The notes below the pieces were generated by a model. The model made no database searches. It was not told the origin of the DNA and saw only the letters and a program-made list of their open reading frames with translations. Both the position numbers and the translations under genes were made by a program. This document shows positions 56,101-64,000 of a stretch of DNA of 64,000 nt, piece by piece. Source of the DNA: Auanema rhodensis (lineage: Eukaryota > Animalia > Nematoda); assembly GCA_964057225.1 (NCBI GenBank), contig OZ059895.1:9982001-10046000 (forward strand). Direction: 5' to 3'. Position 1 is the first letter of the stretch, and the number at the start of each line of letters is the position of its first letter.

Positions 56101-57379
56101 TCACTCCTCTCATAGATGCGCCGGTACAACTCATTGCCCCTGGGGCACCGGATGCGATGATATTCGACAGGATACATTTGTATCCGAACTATATTCTGCA
56201 TACGAAAATCCTGGAAGAACCTACTGCACCAGAGCCGGAGGAGGACTATTCAACAGCTGTGGACTTCCTATAGAAGGATGCATTTTATTTAGACCAACTT
56301 ATCAACCAGAGAACAAAGAAGTATACGAAGAGATCAAATGCATACAATGGAAGCAAGAAGTGCAAGCAAAATTAACGATCATATACCTCAACAACACTCA
56401 AAAATACGACATTTTGCTACAGCCCTACCGAAAATACGAGTTTCACGGAATATCATTACAGATTTTGTCAGTCACAGCAAAAGCAACAACGGAACTGTAC
56501 AACAAAATTTTTTTAACATCTGAGACAAACAACTACATGATAACGGAGCAAATAAAACCAGCTGTTATATGCAGCAATGCAAGAATGGCGGCAGATAAGT
56601 TTAATGCATGCCACATAAGAAAGCCTTGCCCATGTTTGGGGGCCGCAGCACAGCTCTCTTGCAATTGCGATTCAGCGACGCAAAGAGAACTGAAAAAATA
56701 TGAGCTTCCAAAAATTAATACGAATTATAGGATAACAAAAGAAGCAGGAACTATAACAGTTCTATCAAAAATGGAAGAATCAACGCTCACAATGCAAAAC
56801 CCGCAATTTAGCATCGAATGTCTATACACTAATAGACATCCTTGTTTTTCAGATTTTCAAATGATAACAGGATGTTATAAATGCAGAGAAGGAACAACGC
56901 TAAACATGACATGTGAAACAAAGGACGAGTTAAATGCAATACTGAACTGCGATTCCTTTTCTACTATAATTCGATGCTCCGACAAAAATCCCGCCACAAC
57001 GATAAAACTATACTTCAATGAACCCAAAGTACAAGAAAATTGTACTCTAACATGCGGAAGAGCAACAAAGCAATTTATCCAGCTAAGTACCAGATTACAC
57101 TACATAAGTGACACTACAATTTCAGAAGAACTGATCAAACTACATAATGGAACATCTGGACTCTCTTGGAATCTCCCCAACTTGGAACCTCTAATAGAAG
57201 TGATCCAGAATAATTGGAAATGGATCGTACCCGTCGTAGCTGCAGTCACAGCATGTTCATATATCTTATACACAGCCCTCTCCTTTCTCGCTCCTTTCCT
57301 TCTACCAGCTATCCTCTCTTATTGCTGTTTGAAAAAATCAAATCGCAACCCTCGCCCGGCAATGTCGGCAAATGCCTGA
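50162..57379 (+). CDS. gag-pol-env: Gag-Pol-Env polyprotein, 2,405 aa, of a BEL/Pao retrotransposon
   Basis: IPTFNGDSLTFPLFW (DUF1759-like Gag); three zinc knuckles; FLDPGATQSF protease; DIEGAF/RLAFG/YVDN RT; FVDAS/PRLEL/SDSQ/NPAD RNase H; HHCC + DDE integrase; Cys-rich glycoprotein with transmembrane segments. The stop lies inside the 3' LTR. Confidence 0.97.
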   Translation: MDRTEEVFNEKLHNFADKFEQLAKLLIKTKTENQENISLLRLHTSLTQLRSEESSLATLASLLPEPTFSELNRRINEVTTLHADTVTRANILILELETKTAKKQPLPDSEDDQESDRNKRPTRTSFGLSVKTPQLSIPTFNGDSLTFPLFWNQFKTLIHNEPSLNIQQKNIFLAEALQGPARVHLENKPLNGEFYHQIIETLQNTYQPILAVDFRIYRNIRRLPVAKSDPTSLRSRVNEIRALLDQLDRARSQYIYNTEDPAWVTEISEKFPEEIIDMRCWRSPGENTISQILKDIEGIAYSKETSAYLRRERSEPQYRDQTQPFFSKPIKSSEKSERPCVFCDKQGHRPTKCPTITTPQERREIIKRKNRCWICFSPTHSSSKCKFESCRNCKKEHNYTLCLPKPTIKITKPSMNCTTISKSFHPSPAYLMTSQISLLNPLTNTYHTKTIFLDPGATQSFIHQKTAETCNLNTLATQNITATGFSGNKETFETKTVEAILQTPYGKIIKLILLTSPKPLTGNLKCCSLQIRDREFLEKTKISVTNQFINGETFSPDILLGMDWYDSVITEEPSISLPSGLKIKHTHFGPCIYGKTNNTHESIAVHSLIINPQIPEEVMIKQLFEIDSLGIAPHEGALNKSELFYNEYSTLLTFDNGYITAPLPLKKNAINIQSNRNLALATLNRLQISLQKDPNQQKYYQETFSQYLKENVIELVPADVEATRTYYMPHRGVWKPQKTKPLRIVFNASAKQKGQLSLNDITSTGESFTNKILDILIGIRTKSYFLMCDIEGAFTQIRIANDCKDLCRFLWLKDVNKPPTPNNIIEFRFNRLAFGITASPAVLNMSLHAYLNSHTSPFVEKTLRYLYVDNIFYTTNDQKELTDLYKDSKKIFSQISMNVREYFSNSSHFNNEIPAIDHHPDKNPKILGVLYNASKDSFVLTGQMRMQQSFTKRDMLSSLHSIYDPIGLAAPLLLPYKIILRQVMNSNVDWKEQVPEDLVADWNKASTKIGPFNIEVPRELSSKRDKKELWVFVDASTKAIAACAYLTTSTERAPIIMGKVKLAPKNRTLTIPRLELSAIFMGMKIAETIYNNLNKPNLAINIASDSQIALSWLITKKSVPVFISNMRQNIEEIGRRLEAQKASLHFHYVDTDHNPADIGTRGTTDQNLLKERWLFSPPWLSQMDNRPIKELTAPIDEDEPPMLILPVSTDIQSYESIIQPGRFNSYSKLQRTTGLVFKAALVLLQKINKTPTSTMLQRAQKEKQQSQTADLFLKQKAQKKLKQSEIKQFRTTKDNNGLRIIQTRLLNAKLPASTKYPFLLPKNSDLGKLILLSIHKENAHLGTTHLISLFLQKFFMAGTRQVCKSIIKKCVPCQKILSRPFTTDFLAPLPEDRITKAMPFKHTGLDCIGPIKYRNSEQIYIVIFTCLTVRAVHLEPINDMTSNTFLNAFIRFVARRGLPDVIRSDNGSNFVHSAKILNMLETYDSEHRTSFTKFLQKHHITWIFNTPSAPWTGGVWERLVAIVKTSLYKSLQLKLVNKDQLTTAIIKIEGIINSRPITYTNSDNVDDRPLTPADFLNNGSPVLVPGGNVEQLGQALDEPNPIQTNKEAFEILQKVEIIAESFWDRWSKEYLLCLRNAHASTKQTHRSSNHPTLNEVVLVEEDNLNRCNWQMARITALLPSSDNIFRSARIKLGNGKELTKPVEKLYPLELKDNFDKGRESQEITVNHLSHIPTNPNRLRNIFRFLMLIQIFSVAMTQPIIRCSTSQVVFPAQPNHSTICIDSSCHNLSAHQSEIIPLPISVLPKTASVSRFNLESTQNQTCKLPHPCDFPPPFILHIIGNPHCNPILAILIVLTPLIGCALLFISCGLIYRRLRTYRRQNEPTISYIPSLLFTLFFLICQAQACGSPNAHKNIEIFCDDIQNCTKITNEEISFNPLQNSLCSYIKYQNSTIGKLEIQLIQHKFSCQKVSQGFTRITNLTIHSSHRCAGTTHCPWGTGCDDIRQDTFVSELYSAYENPGRTYCTRAGGGLFNSCGLPIEGCILFRPTYQPENKEVYEEIKCIQWKQEVQAKLTIIYLNNTQKYDILLQPYRKYEFHGISLQILSVTAKATTELYNKIFLTSETNNYMITEQIKPAVICSNARMAADKFNACHIRKPCPCLGAAAQLSCNCDSATQRELKKYELPKINTNYRITKEAGTITVLSKMEESTLTMQNPQFSIECLYTNRHPCFSDFQMITGCYKCREGTTLNMTCETKDELNAILNCDSFSTIIRCSDKNPATTIKLYFNEPKVQENCTLTCGRATKQFIQLSTRLHYISDTTISEELIKLHNGTSGLSWNLPNLEPLIEVIQNNWKWIVPVVAAVTACSYILYTALSFLAPFLLPAILSYCCLKKSNRNPRPAMSANA
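50558..51368 (+). other. gag: Gag region: DUF1759-like domain plus three Cys/His knuckles
   Basis: CVFCDKQGHRPTKC, CWICFSPTHSSSKC, CRNCKKEHNYTLC: the BEL-type triple knuckle. Boundaries approximate. Confidence 0.85.
51440..51945 (+). other. Aspartic protease domain (catalytic D at 51521, D-P-G motif)
   Basis: IFLDPGATQSFI and downstream PDILLGMD. Boundaries approximate. Confidence 0.8.
52300..53700 (+). other. pol: Reverse transcriptase and Pao-type RNase H domains
   Basis: YYMPHRGV, LRIVFNAS, DIEGAFTQI, YVDN (52760-52771), YDPIG, FVDAS (D at 53261), NPADIGTRG. Boundaries approximate. Confidence 0.92.
54100..55290 (+). other. Integrase (HHCC, DDE core, DUF5641-like C-terminal domain)
   Basis: IHKENAHLG...CVPC; D at 54377 (GLDCIGP), D at 54554 (SDNGSNF), E at 54710 (GGVWERLV), 51 aa between the second D and E; FWDRWSKEYL...KLYPLE. 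Confidence 0.92.
55379..57379 (+). other. env: Env-like region: signal peptide, short Cys-rich Gn-like domain with TM, second signal, phlebovirus Gc(G2)-like class II fusion protein, C-terminal TM
   Basis: Hydrophobic NIFRFLMLIQIFSVA; TM ILAILIVLTPLIGCALLFISCGLIY; signal SLLFTLFFLICQAQA|C (55871); HRCAGTTHC, PGRTYC, GCILFR, GCYKCREG motifs like the G2 env of nematode Cer-type elements; TM WKWIVPVVAAV... Confidence 0.85.
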
Positions 57380-57803
57380 CTATTAACAAAATATAATGAT
57401 TTACAATATAAACATAACTCTTCTGAAATACTAAACCATTATCTATTAACCGAATAATTGTATCATTAACCTATTGCGCAACATTCTCAAAGGATGTTGA
57501 ACTTTTATCACCTCTATAGTTTACATTAACGTGACCTTTCTATTCAAATATCAAATATCACCCTTAAGCTAAATCATATATAAACCCAAGAAACCTTCAC
57601 TTTAATATCTAACTTTTCTACCACTGTACCATCTTTATTTAATAAACCTTTTAAACCCAAATCTGCGAAGTTCAACCCTGATAATATTCTCTTCGAGTAT
57701 CAACCTTCGTTAATACTCCTAAACGGTATTAACTCCTGTATCACGTCGAACGAGTAATACTACAGCTATTCCCCTGGAATAACTCTTGGATTCATAGTCC
57801 AAA
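57363..57803 (+). repeat. 3' LTR (441 bp)
   Basis: Copy of 49458-49898 at offset 7,905. Confidence 0.96.
57641..57646 (+). terminator. Candidate polyadenylation signal AATAAA in the 3' LTR
   Basis: Canonical hexamer downstream of the TATA-like motif (also 49736-49741 in the 5' LTR). Confidence 0.55.
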
Positions 57804-57913
57804 CATACCACGTTGAAAGTACGCCATCCCGTCCGATCTGGCAAGTCAAGCAACGTTGGGCCCGGTTAGTACTTGGATCGGAGACGGCTTGGGAATCCCG
57901 GGTGCCGTAAGCT
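57804..57913 (+). pseudogene. 5S rRNA: 3' part (nt 10-119, including right TSD CATAC) of the interrupted 5S gene
   Basis: Matches nt 10-119 of the intact copy at 60718; internal control region and oligo-T terminator intact. Confidence 0.94.
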
Positions 57914-57925
57914 TTTCAAATTTTT

Positions 57926-57969
57926 TTAACGATCATAACACGTTGAAAGTACGCCATGCAGCTGATTTT
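57926..57969 (+). pseudogene. Degenerate mini-5S remnant downstream of 5S copy 2
   Basis: TTAACGATCATAACACGTTGAAAGTACGCCAT GCAGCTGATTTT, 130-bp offset from the gene's own 5' segment. Confidence 0.8.
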
Positions 57970-60717
57970 CAATTTTAACTCTTCTATAACAAATTTTTTC
58001 AATTTTCAAGCAGTTTTACTTGGATAGCTCAACCAAAGCAGAGCAAAATATCTACAATCTTATTTCTATATTACAGTTATAAACCAGTAGTTATTGAACC
58101 TTCATCTTAACTTTAGTGTTTCTATCTATTTCCTATCGAAACAAACATTGCTTAAACACTATGCAACTGTGAAACCTCTTCAATTTATTGCATTTTGAGC
58201 TTATAAGATTTGATATCATCGAGGGATCCTGATGGAACGTGGAAAATTACATAACTAACATGAAATTGGAAAAAAAACTAAAACGAGGATAAGTATGTTA
58301 ACCATTGAATATCAGATATTTTCGCTTACGACCATACTACGTTAAAAGTACGCCATGCAGCTGATTTTCAATTTTAACTCTTCTGTAACAAATGTTTTCA
58401 ATTTTCAAGCATTTTAACTTAGATAGCTCAACCAAACGAGAGCAAATTATCTTCAATCTTATTTCTATATTGCAGTTATAAACCAGTAGGTAATGAACCT
58501 TAGTTTTGACTTCACTGTTTTTATCTTTTTCCTATCGAAACAAACATTGTTTAAACACTATGCAACTGTGAAACCTTTTTTAATTTATTGTATTTGGAGC
58601 TCATAAGATTTGATATCATCGAGGGATCCTAATGGAACGTGGAAAATTACATAACTAACATAAAATTTGAAAAAAAACTAAAACGAGGATAAGTATGTTA
58701 ACCATTGAATATCAGATATTTTCGCTTACGACCATACTACGTTAAAAGTACGCCATACAGCTGATTTTCAATTTTATCTCTTCCGTAACAAATGTTTTCA
58801 ATTTTCAAGCATTTTTACTTAGATAACTCAACCAAAGGAGAGCAAATTATCTTCATTCTTATTTCTATATTACAGTTATAAACCAGTAGTTATCAAACCT
58901 TCATCTTAACTTCACTGTTTCTATCTATTTCCTATCGAAACAAACATTGTTTAAACACTATGCAACTTTGAAACCCTTTTTAATTTATTGTTTTTGGAGC
59001 TCATAAGATTTGATATCATCGAGGGATCCTGATGGAACGTGGAAAATTACATAACTAACATTAAATTGGAAAAAAAACTGAAACGAGGATAAGTATGTTA
59101 ACCATTGAATATCAGATATTTTCGCTTACGACCATACCACGTTAAAAGTACGCCATACAGCTGATTTTTAATTTTATCTCTTCCGTAACAAATGTTTTCA
59201 ATTTTCAAGCATTTTAACTTAGATAGCTCAACCAAACGAGAGCAAATTATCTTCAATCTTATTTCTATATTGCAGTTATGAACCAGTAGGTAATGAACCT
59301 TCGTCTTGACTTCACTGTTTTTATATTTTTCCTATCGAAACTAACATTGTTTAAACACTATGCAACTGTGAAACCTTTTTTAATTTATTGTATTTGGAGC
59401 TCATAAGATTTGATATCATCGAGGGATCCTGATGGAACCTGGAAAATTACATAACTAACATGAAATTGGAAAAAAAACTAAAACGAGGATAAGTATGTTA
59501 ACCATTGAATATCAGATAATTTCGCTTACGACCATATCACGTTAAAAGTACGCCACACAGCTAATTTTTAATTTTATCTCCGTAACAAAAGTTTTCAATT
59601 TTCAAGCATTTTAACTTAGATAGCTCAACCAAAGGAAAGCAAATTATCTTCAATCTTATTTCTTTATTACAGTTATAAACCAGTAGTTATTGAACCTTCG
59701 TCTAGACTTTACTGTTTTTATCCATTTCCTATCAAAACAAAAATTGTTTAAACACTATACAACTATGAAACCTTTTTTAATTTATCGTATTTGAAGCTCA
59801 TAAGATTTGATATCATCGAGGGATCCTGATGGAACGTGGAAAATTACATAACTGACAAAAAATTTGAAAAAAAACTATAACGAGGATAAGTATGTTAACC
59901 ATTGAATATCAGATATTTTCGCTTACGACCATACCACGTTAAAAGTACGCCATACAGCTGAGTTTTAATTTTATCTCTTCCGTAACAAATGTTTTCAATT
60001 TTCAAGCATTTTAACTTAGATAGCTCAACCAAACGAGAGCAAATTATCTTCAATCTTATTTCTATATTGCAGTTATAAACCAGTAGGTAATGAACCTTCG
60101 TCTTGACTTCACTGTTTTTATCTTTTTCCTATCGAAACTAACAATGTTTAAACACTACGCAACTGTGAAACCTTTTTTAATTTATTGTATTTGGAGCTCA
60201 TAAGATTTGATATCATCGAGGGATCCTGATGGAACGTGGAAAATTACATAACTAACATGAAATTGGAGAAAAAACTAAAACGAGGATAAGTATGTTAACC
60301 ATTGAATATCAGATAATTTCGCTTACGACCATACCACGTTAAAAGTACGCCACACAGCTAATTTTTAATTTTATCTCCGTAACAAAAGTTTTCAATTTTC
60401 AAGCATTTTAACTTAGATAGCTCAACCAAAGGAAAGCAAATTATCTTCAATCTTATTTCTATATTACAGTTATAAACCAGTAGTTATTGAACCTTCGTCT
60501 AGACTTTACTGTTTTTATCCATTTCCTATCAAAACAAACATTGTTTAAACACTATACAACTATGAAACCTTTTTTAATTTATCGTATTTGAAGCTCATAA
60601 GATTTGATATCATCGAGGGATCCTGATGGAACGTGGAAAATTACATAACTAACATAAAATTTGAAAAAAAACTATAACGAGGATAAGTAGGTAAACCATT
60701 GAATATCAGATATTTTC

Positions 60718-60836
60718 GCTTACGACCATACCACGTTGAAAGTACGCCATCCCGTCCGATCTGGCAAGTCAAGCAACGTTGGGCCCGGTTAGTACTTGGA
60801 TCGGAGACGGCTTGGGAATCCCGGGTGCCGTAAGCT
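60718..60836 (+). rRNA. 5S rRNA: 5S rRNA gene, full length (119 nt)
   Basis: Complete nematode-type 5S sequence with CCCGTCCGATC loop region, helix I complementarity and downstream T runs. Confidence 0.97.
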
Positions 60837-60850
60837 TTTCAAATTTTTTT
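60836..60850 (+). terminator. Pol III terminator (T4 then T7)
   Basis: TTTTCAAATTTTTTT at the 5S 3' end. Confidence 0.85.
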
Positions 60851-60892
60851 AACGATCATAACACGTTGAAAGTACGCCATGCAGCTGATTTT
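60849..60892 (+). pseudogene. Degenerate mini-5S remnant downstream of 5S copy 3
   Basis: Same 130-bp-offset imperfect direct repeat of the 5S 5' end. Confidence 0.8.
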
Positions 60893-63800
60893 CAATTTTA
60901 ACTCTTCTGTAACGAATTTTTTCAATTTTTAAGCAGTTTTACTTGGATAGCTCAACCAAAGCAGAGCAAAATATCTACAATCTTATTTCTATATTACAGT
61001 TATGAACCAGTAGTTATTGAACCTTCATCTTAACTTTACTGTTTCTATCTATTTCCTATCGAAACAAACATTGTTTAAACACTATGCAACTGTGAAACCT
61101 CTTCAATTTATTGCATTTGGAGCTCATAAGATTTGATATCATCGAGGGATCCTGATGGAACGTGGAAAATTACATAACTAACATGAAATTGGAAAAAAAA
61201 CTAAAACGAGGATAAGTATGTTAACCATTGAATATCAGATATTTTCGCTTACGACCATACTACGTTAAAAGTACGCCATACAGCTGATTTTTAATTTCAT
61301 CTCTTCCGTAACAAATGTTTTCAATTTTCAAGCATTTTTACTTAGATAACTCAACCAAAGGAGAGCAAATTATCTTCATTCTTATTTCTATATTACAGTT
61401 ATAAACCAGTAGTTATCAAACCTTCATCTTAACTTTACTGTTTCTATCTATTTCCTATCGAAACACACATTGTTTAAACACTATGCAACTGTGAAACCTC
61501 TTCAATTTATTGCATTTGGAGCTCATAAGATTTGATATCATTGAGGGATCCTGATGGAACGTGGAAAATTACATAACTAACATGAAATTGGAAAAAAAAC
61601 TAAAACGAGGATAAGTATGTTAACCATTGAATATCAGATGATTTCGCTTACGACCATACCACGTTAAAAGTACGCCATACAGCTGATTTTTAAATTTAGC
61701 TCTTCCGTAACAAATGTTTTCAATTTTCAAGCATTTTAACTTAGATAGCTCAACCAAACGAGAGCAAATTATCTTCAATCTTATTTCTATATTGCAGTTA
61801 TGAACCAGTAGGTAATGAACCTTCGTCTTGACTTCACTGTTTTTATATTTTTCCTATCGAAACTAACATTGTTTAAACACTATGCAACTGTGAAACCTTT
61901 TTTAATTTATTGTATTTGGAGCTCATAAGATTTGATATCATCGAGGGATCCTGATGGAACCTGGAAAATTACATAACTAACATGAAATTGGAAAAAAAAC
62001 TAAAACGAGGATAAGTATGTTAACCATTGAATATCAGATAATTTCGCTTACGATCATACCACGTTAAAAGTACGCCACACAGCTGATTTTTAATTTTATC
62101 TCCGTAACAAATGTTTTCAATTTTCAAGCATTTTAACTTAGATAGCTCAACCAAAGGAAAGCAAATTATCTTCAATCTTATTTCTATATTACAGTTATAA
62201 ACCAGTAGTTATTGAACCTTCGTCTAGACTTTACTGTTTTTATCTATTTCCTATCAAAACAAACATTGTTTAAACACTATACAACTATGAAACCTTTTTT
62301 AATTTATTGTATTTGGAGCTCATAAGATTTGATAACATCGAGGGTTCCTGATGGAACGTGGAAAATTACATAACTAACATTAAATTGGAAAAAAAACTAA
62401 AACGAGGATAAGTATGTTAACCATTGAATATCAGATATTTTCGCTTACGACCATACCACGTTAAAAGTACGCCATACAGCTGATTTTTAATTTTATCTCT
62501 TCCGTAACAAATGTTTTCAATTTTCAAGCATTTTAACTTAGATAGCTCAACCAAACGAGAGCAAATTATCTTCAATCTTATTTCTATATTGCAGTTATAA
62601 ACCAGTAGGTAATGAACCTTCGTCTTGACTTCACTGTTTTTATCTTTTCCCTATCGAAACTAACATTGTTTAAACACTATGCAACTGTGAAACCTTTTTT
62701 AATTTATTGTATTTGGAGCTCATAAGATTTGATATCATCAAGGGATCCTGATGGAACGTGGAAAATTACATAACTAACATGAAATTGGAGAAAAAACTAA
62801 AACGAGGATAAGTATGTTAACCATTGAATATTAGATAATTTCGCTTACGACCATACCACGTTAAAAGTACGCCACACTGCTGATTTTTAATTTTATCTCC
62901 ATAACAAATGTTTTCAATTTTCAAGCATTTTAACTTAGATAGCTCAACCAAAGGAAAGCAAATTATCTTCAATCTTATTTCTATATTACAGTTATAAACC
63001 AGTAGTTATTGAACCTTCGTCTAGACTTTACTGTTTTTATCTATTTCCTATCAAAACAAACATTGTTTAAACACTATACAACTATGAAACCTTTTTTAAT
63101 TTATTGTATTTGGAGCTCATAAGATTTGATAACATCGAGGGTTCCTGATGGAACGGGGAAAATTACATAACTAACATTAAATTGGAAAAAAAACTAAAAC
63201 GAGGATAAGTATGTTAACCATTGAATATCAGATATTTTCGCTTACGACCATACCACGTTAAAAGTACGCCATACAGCTGATTTTTAATTTTATCTCTTCC
63301 GTAACAAATGTTTTCAATTTTCAAGCATTTTAACTTAGATAGCTCAACCAAACGAGAGCAAATTATCTTCAATCTTATTTCTATATTGCAGTTATAATCC
63401 AGTAGGTAATGAACCTTCGTCTTGACTTCACTGTTTTTATCTTTTCCCTATCGAAACTAACATTGTTTAAACACTATGCAACTGTGAAACCTTTTTTAAT
63501 TTATTGTATTTGGAGCTCATAAGATTTGATATCATCAAGGGATCCTGATGGAACGTGGAAAATTACATAACTAACATGAAATTGGAGAAAAAACTAAAAC
63601 GAGGATAAGTATGTTAACCATTGAATATTAGATAATTTCGCTTACGACCATACCACGTTAAAAGTACGCCATACAGCTGATTTTTAATTTTATCTCCGTA
63701 ACAAATGTTTTCAATTTTCAAGCATTTTAACTTAGATAGCTCAACCAAAGGAAAGCAAATTATCTTCAATCTTATTTCTATATTACAGTTATAAACCAGT

Positions 63801-64000
63801 AGTTATCAAACCTTCATCTTAACTTCACTGTTTCTATCTATTTCCTATCGAAACAAACATTGTTTAAACACTATGCAACTTTGAAACCCTTTTTAATTTA
63901 TTGTTTTTGGAGCTCATAAGATTTGATATCATCGAGGGTTCCAGATGGAACGTAGAAAATTACATAACTAACATGAAATTGGAAAAAAAACAATAACGAG

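Larger units (their letters stand above)
49458..57803 (+). mobile_element. Full-length BEL/Pao (Belpaoviridae) LTR retrotransposon with env-like gene, 8,346 bp
   Basis: Two 441-bp direct LTRs, 5-bp TSD, PBS, single uninterrupted ORF in order Gag-PR-RT-RH-IN-Env; BEL hallmarks (three Cys/His knuckles, YVDN, TIPRLEL, NPAD). Confidence 0.97.
57804..64000 (+). repeat. ~400-bp tandem satellite array (right block, ~15 units, GGATCCTGAT subfamily); runs off the window end
   Basis: Same monomer, resuming in register after the retrotransposon; periods 397-400 bp plus two 530-bp units carrying 5S. Confidence 0.98.

Noticed and set aside
50146-57396. Short antisense and alternate-frame ORFs within the retrotransposon
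   Set aside because: Shadows of the long polyprotein frame with no motifs.
57804-57808. Canonical CA LTR end at 57805 with a 3-bp TSD (TAC)
   Set aside because: The 5' LTR has TT at the equivalent positions, and CATAC gives the 5-bp TSD usual for BEL elements.
49458-57913. Cassandra-like element carrying 5S within its LTR, or a SINE3
   Set aside because: The 5S sequence lies outside both LTRs and is split by the TSD, so it is the target rather than cargo.
1-64000. CRISPR array interpretation of the regular repeats
   Set aside because: Whole 400-bp units repeat with no unique spacers and no cas genes; context is eukaryotic.

Overview
Eukaryotic, very probably nematode, AT-rich tandem-repeat DNA. 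About 87% of the window is a head-to-tail ~400-bp satellite (roughly 138 units). Every monomer carries the first ~33 nt of the 5S rRNA gene followed by a degenerate 5S-3'-end/terminator-like tail, so the satellite looks like a collapsed 5S rDNA unit. Only three units are the full 530-bp form with a complete 119-nt 5S gene (47717, 49444/57804, 60718). The middle one is split after nt 14 by an intact, apparently very young 8,346-bp BEL/Pao LTR retrotransposon (49458-57803). It has apparently identical 441-bp LTRs, a 5-bp TSD CATAC and a tRNA-Gly-type PBS, and one 2,405-aa ORF encoding Gag-PR-RT-RNaseH-IN fused to a phlebovirus-like Gn/Gc envelope. The main lead: this env-bearing element sits in one of only 3 promoter-containing 5S genes although the same or nearly the same target sequence occurs in ~135 truncated satellite copies, which suggests Pol III-complex-guided integration (one insertion only). 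All comparisons were made by eye; no searches were run.
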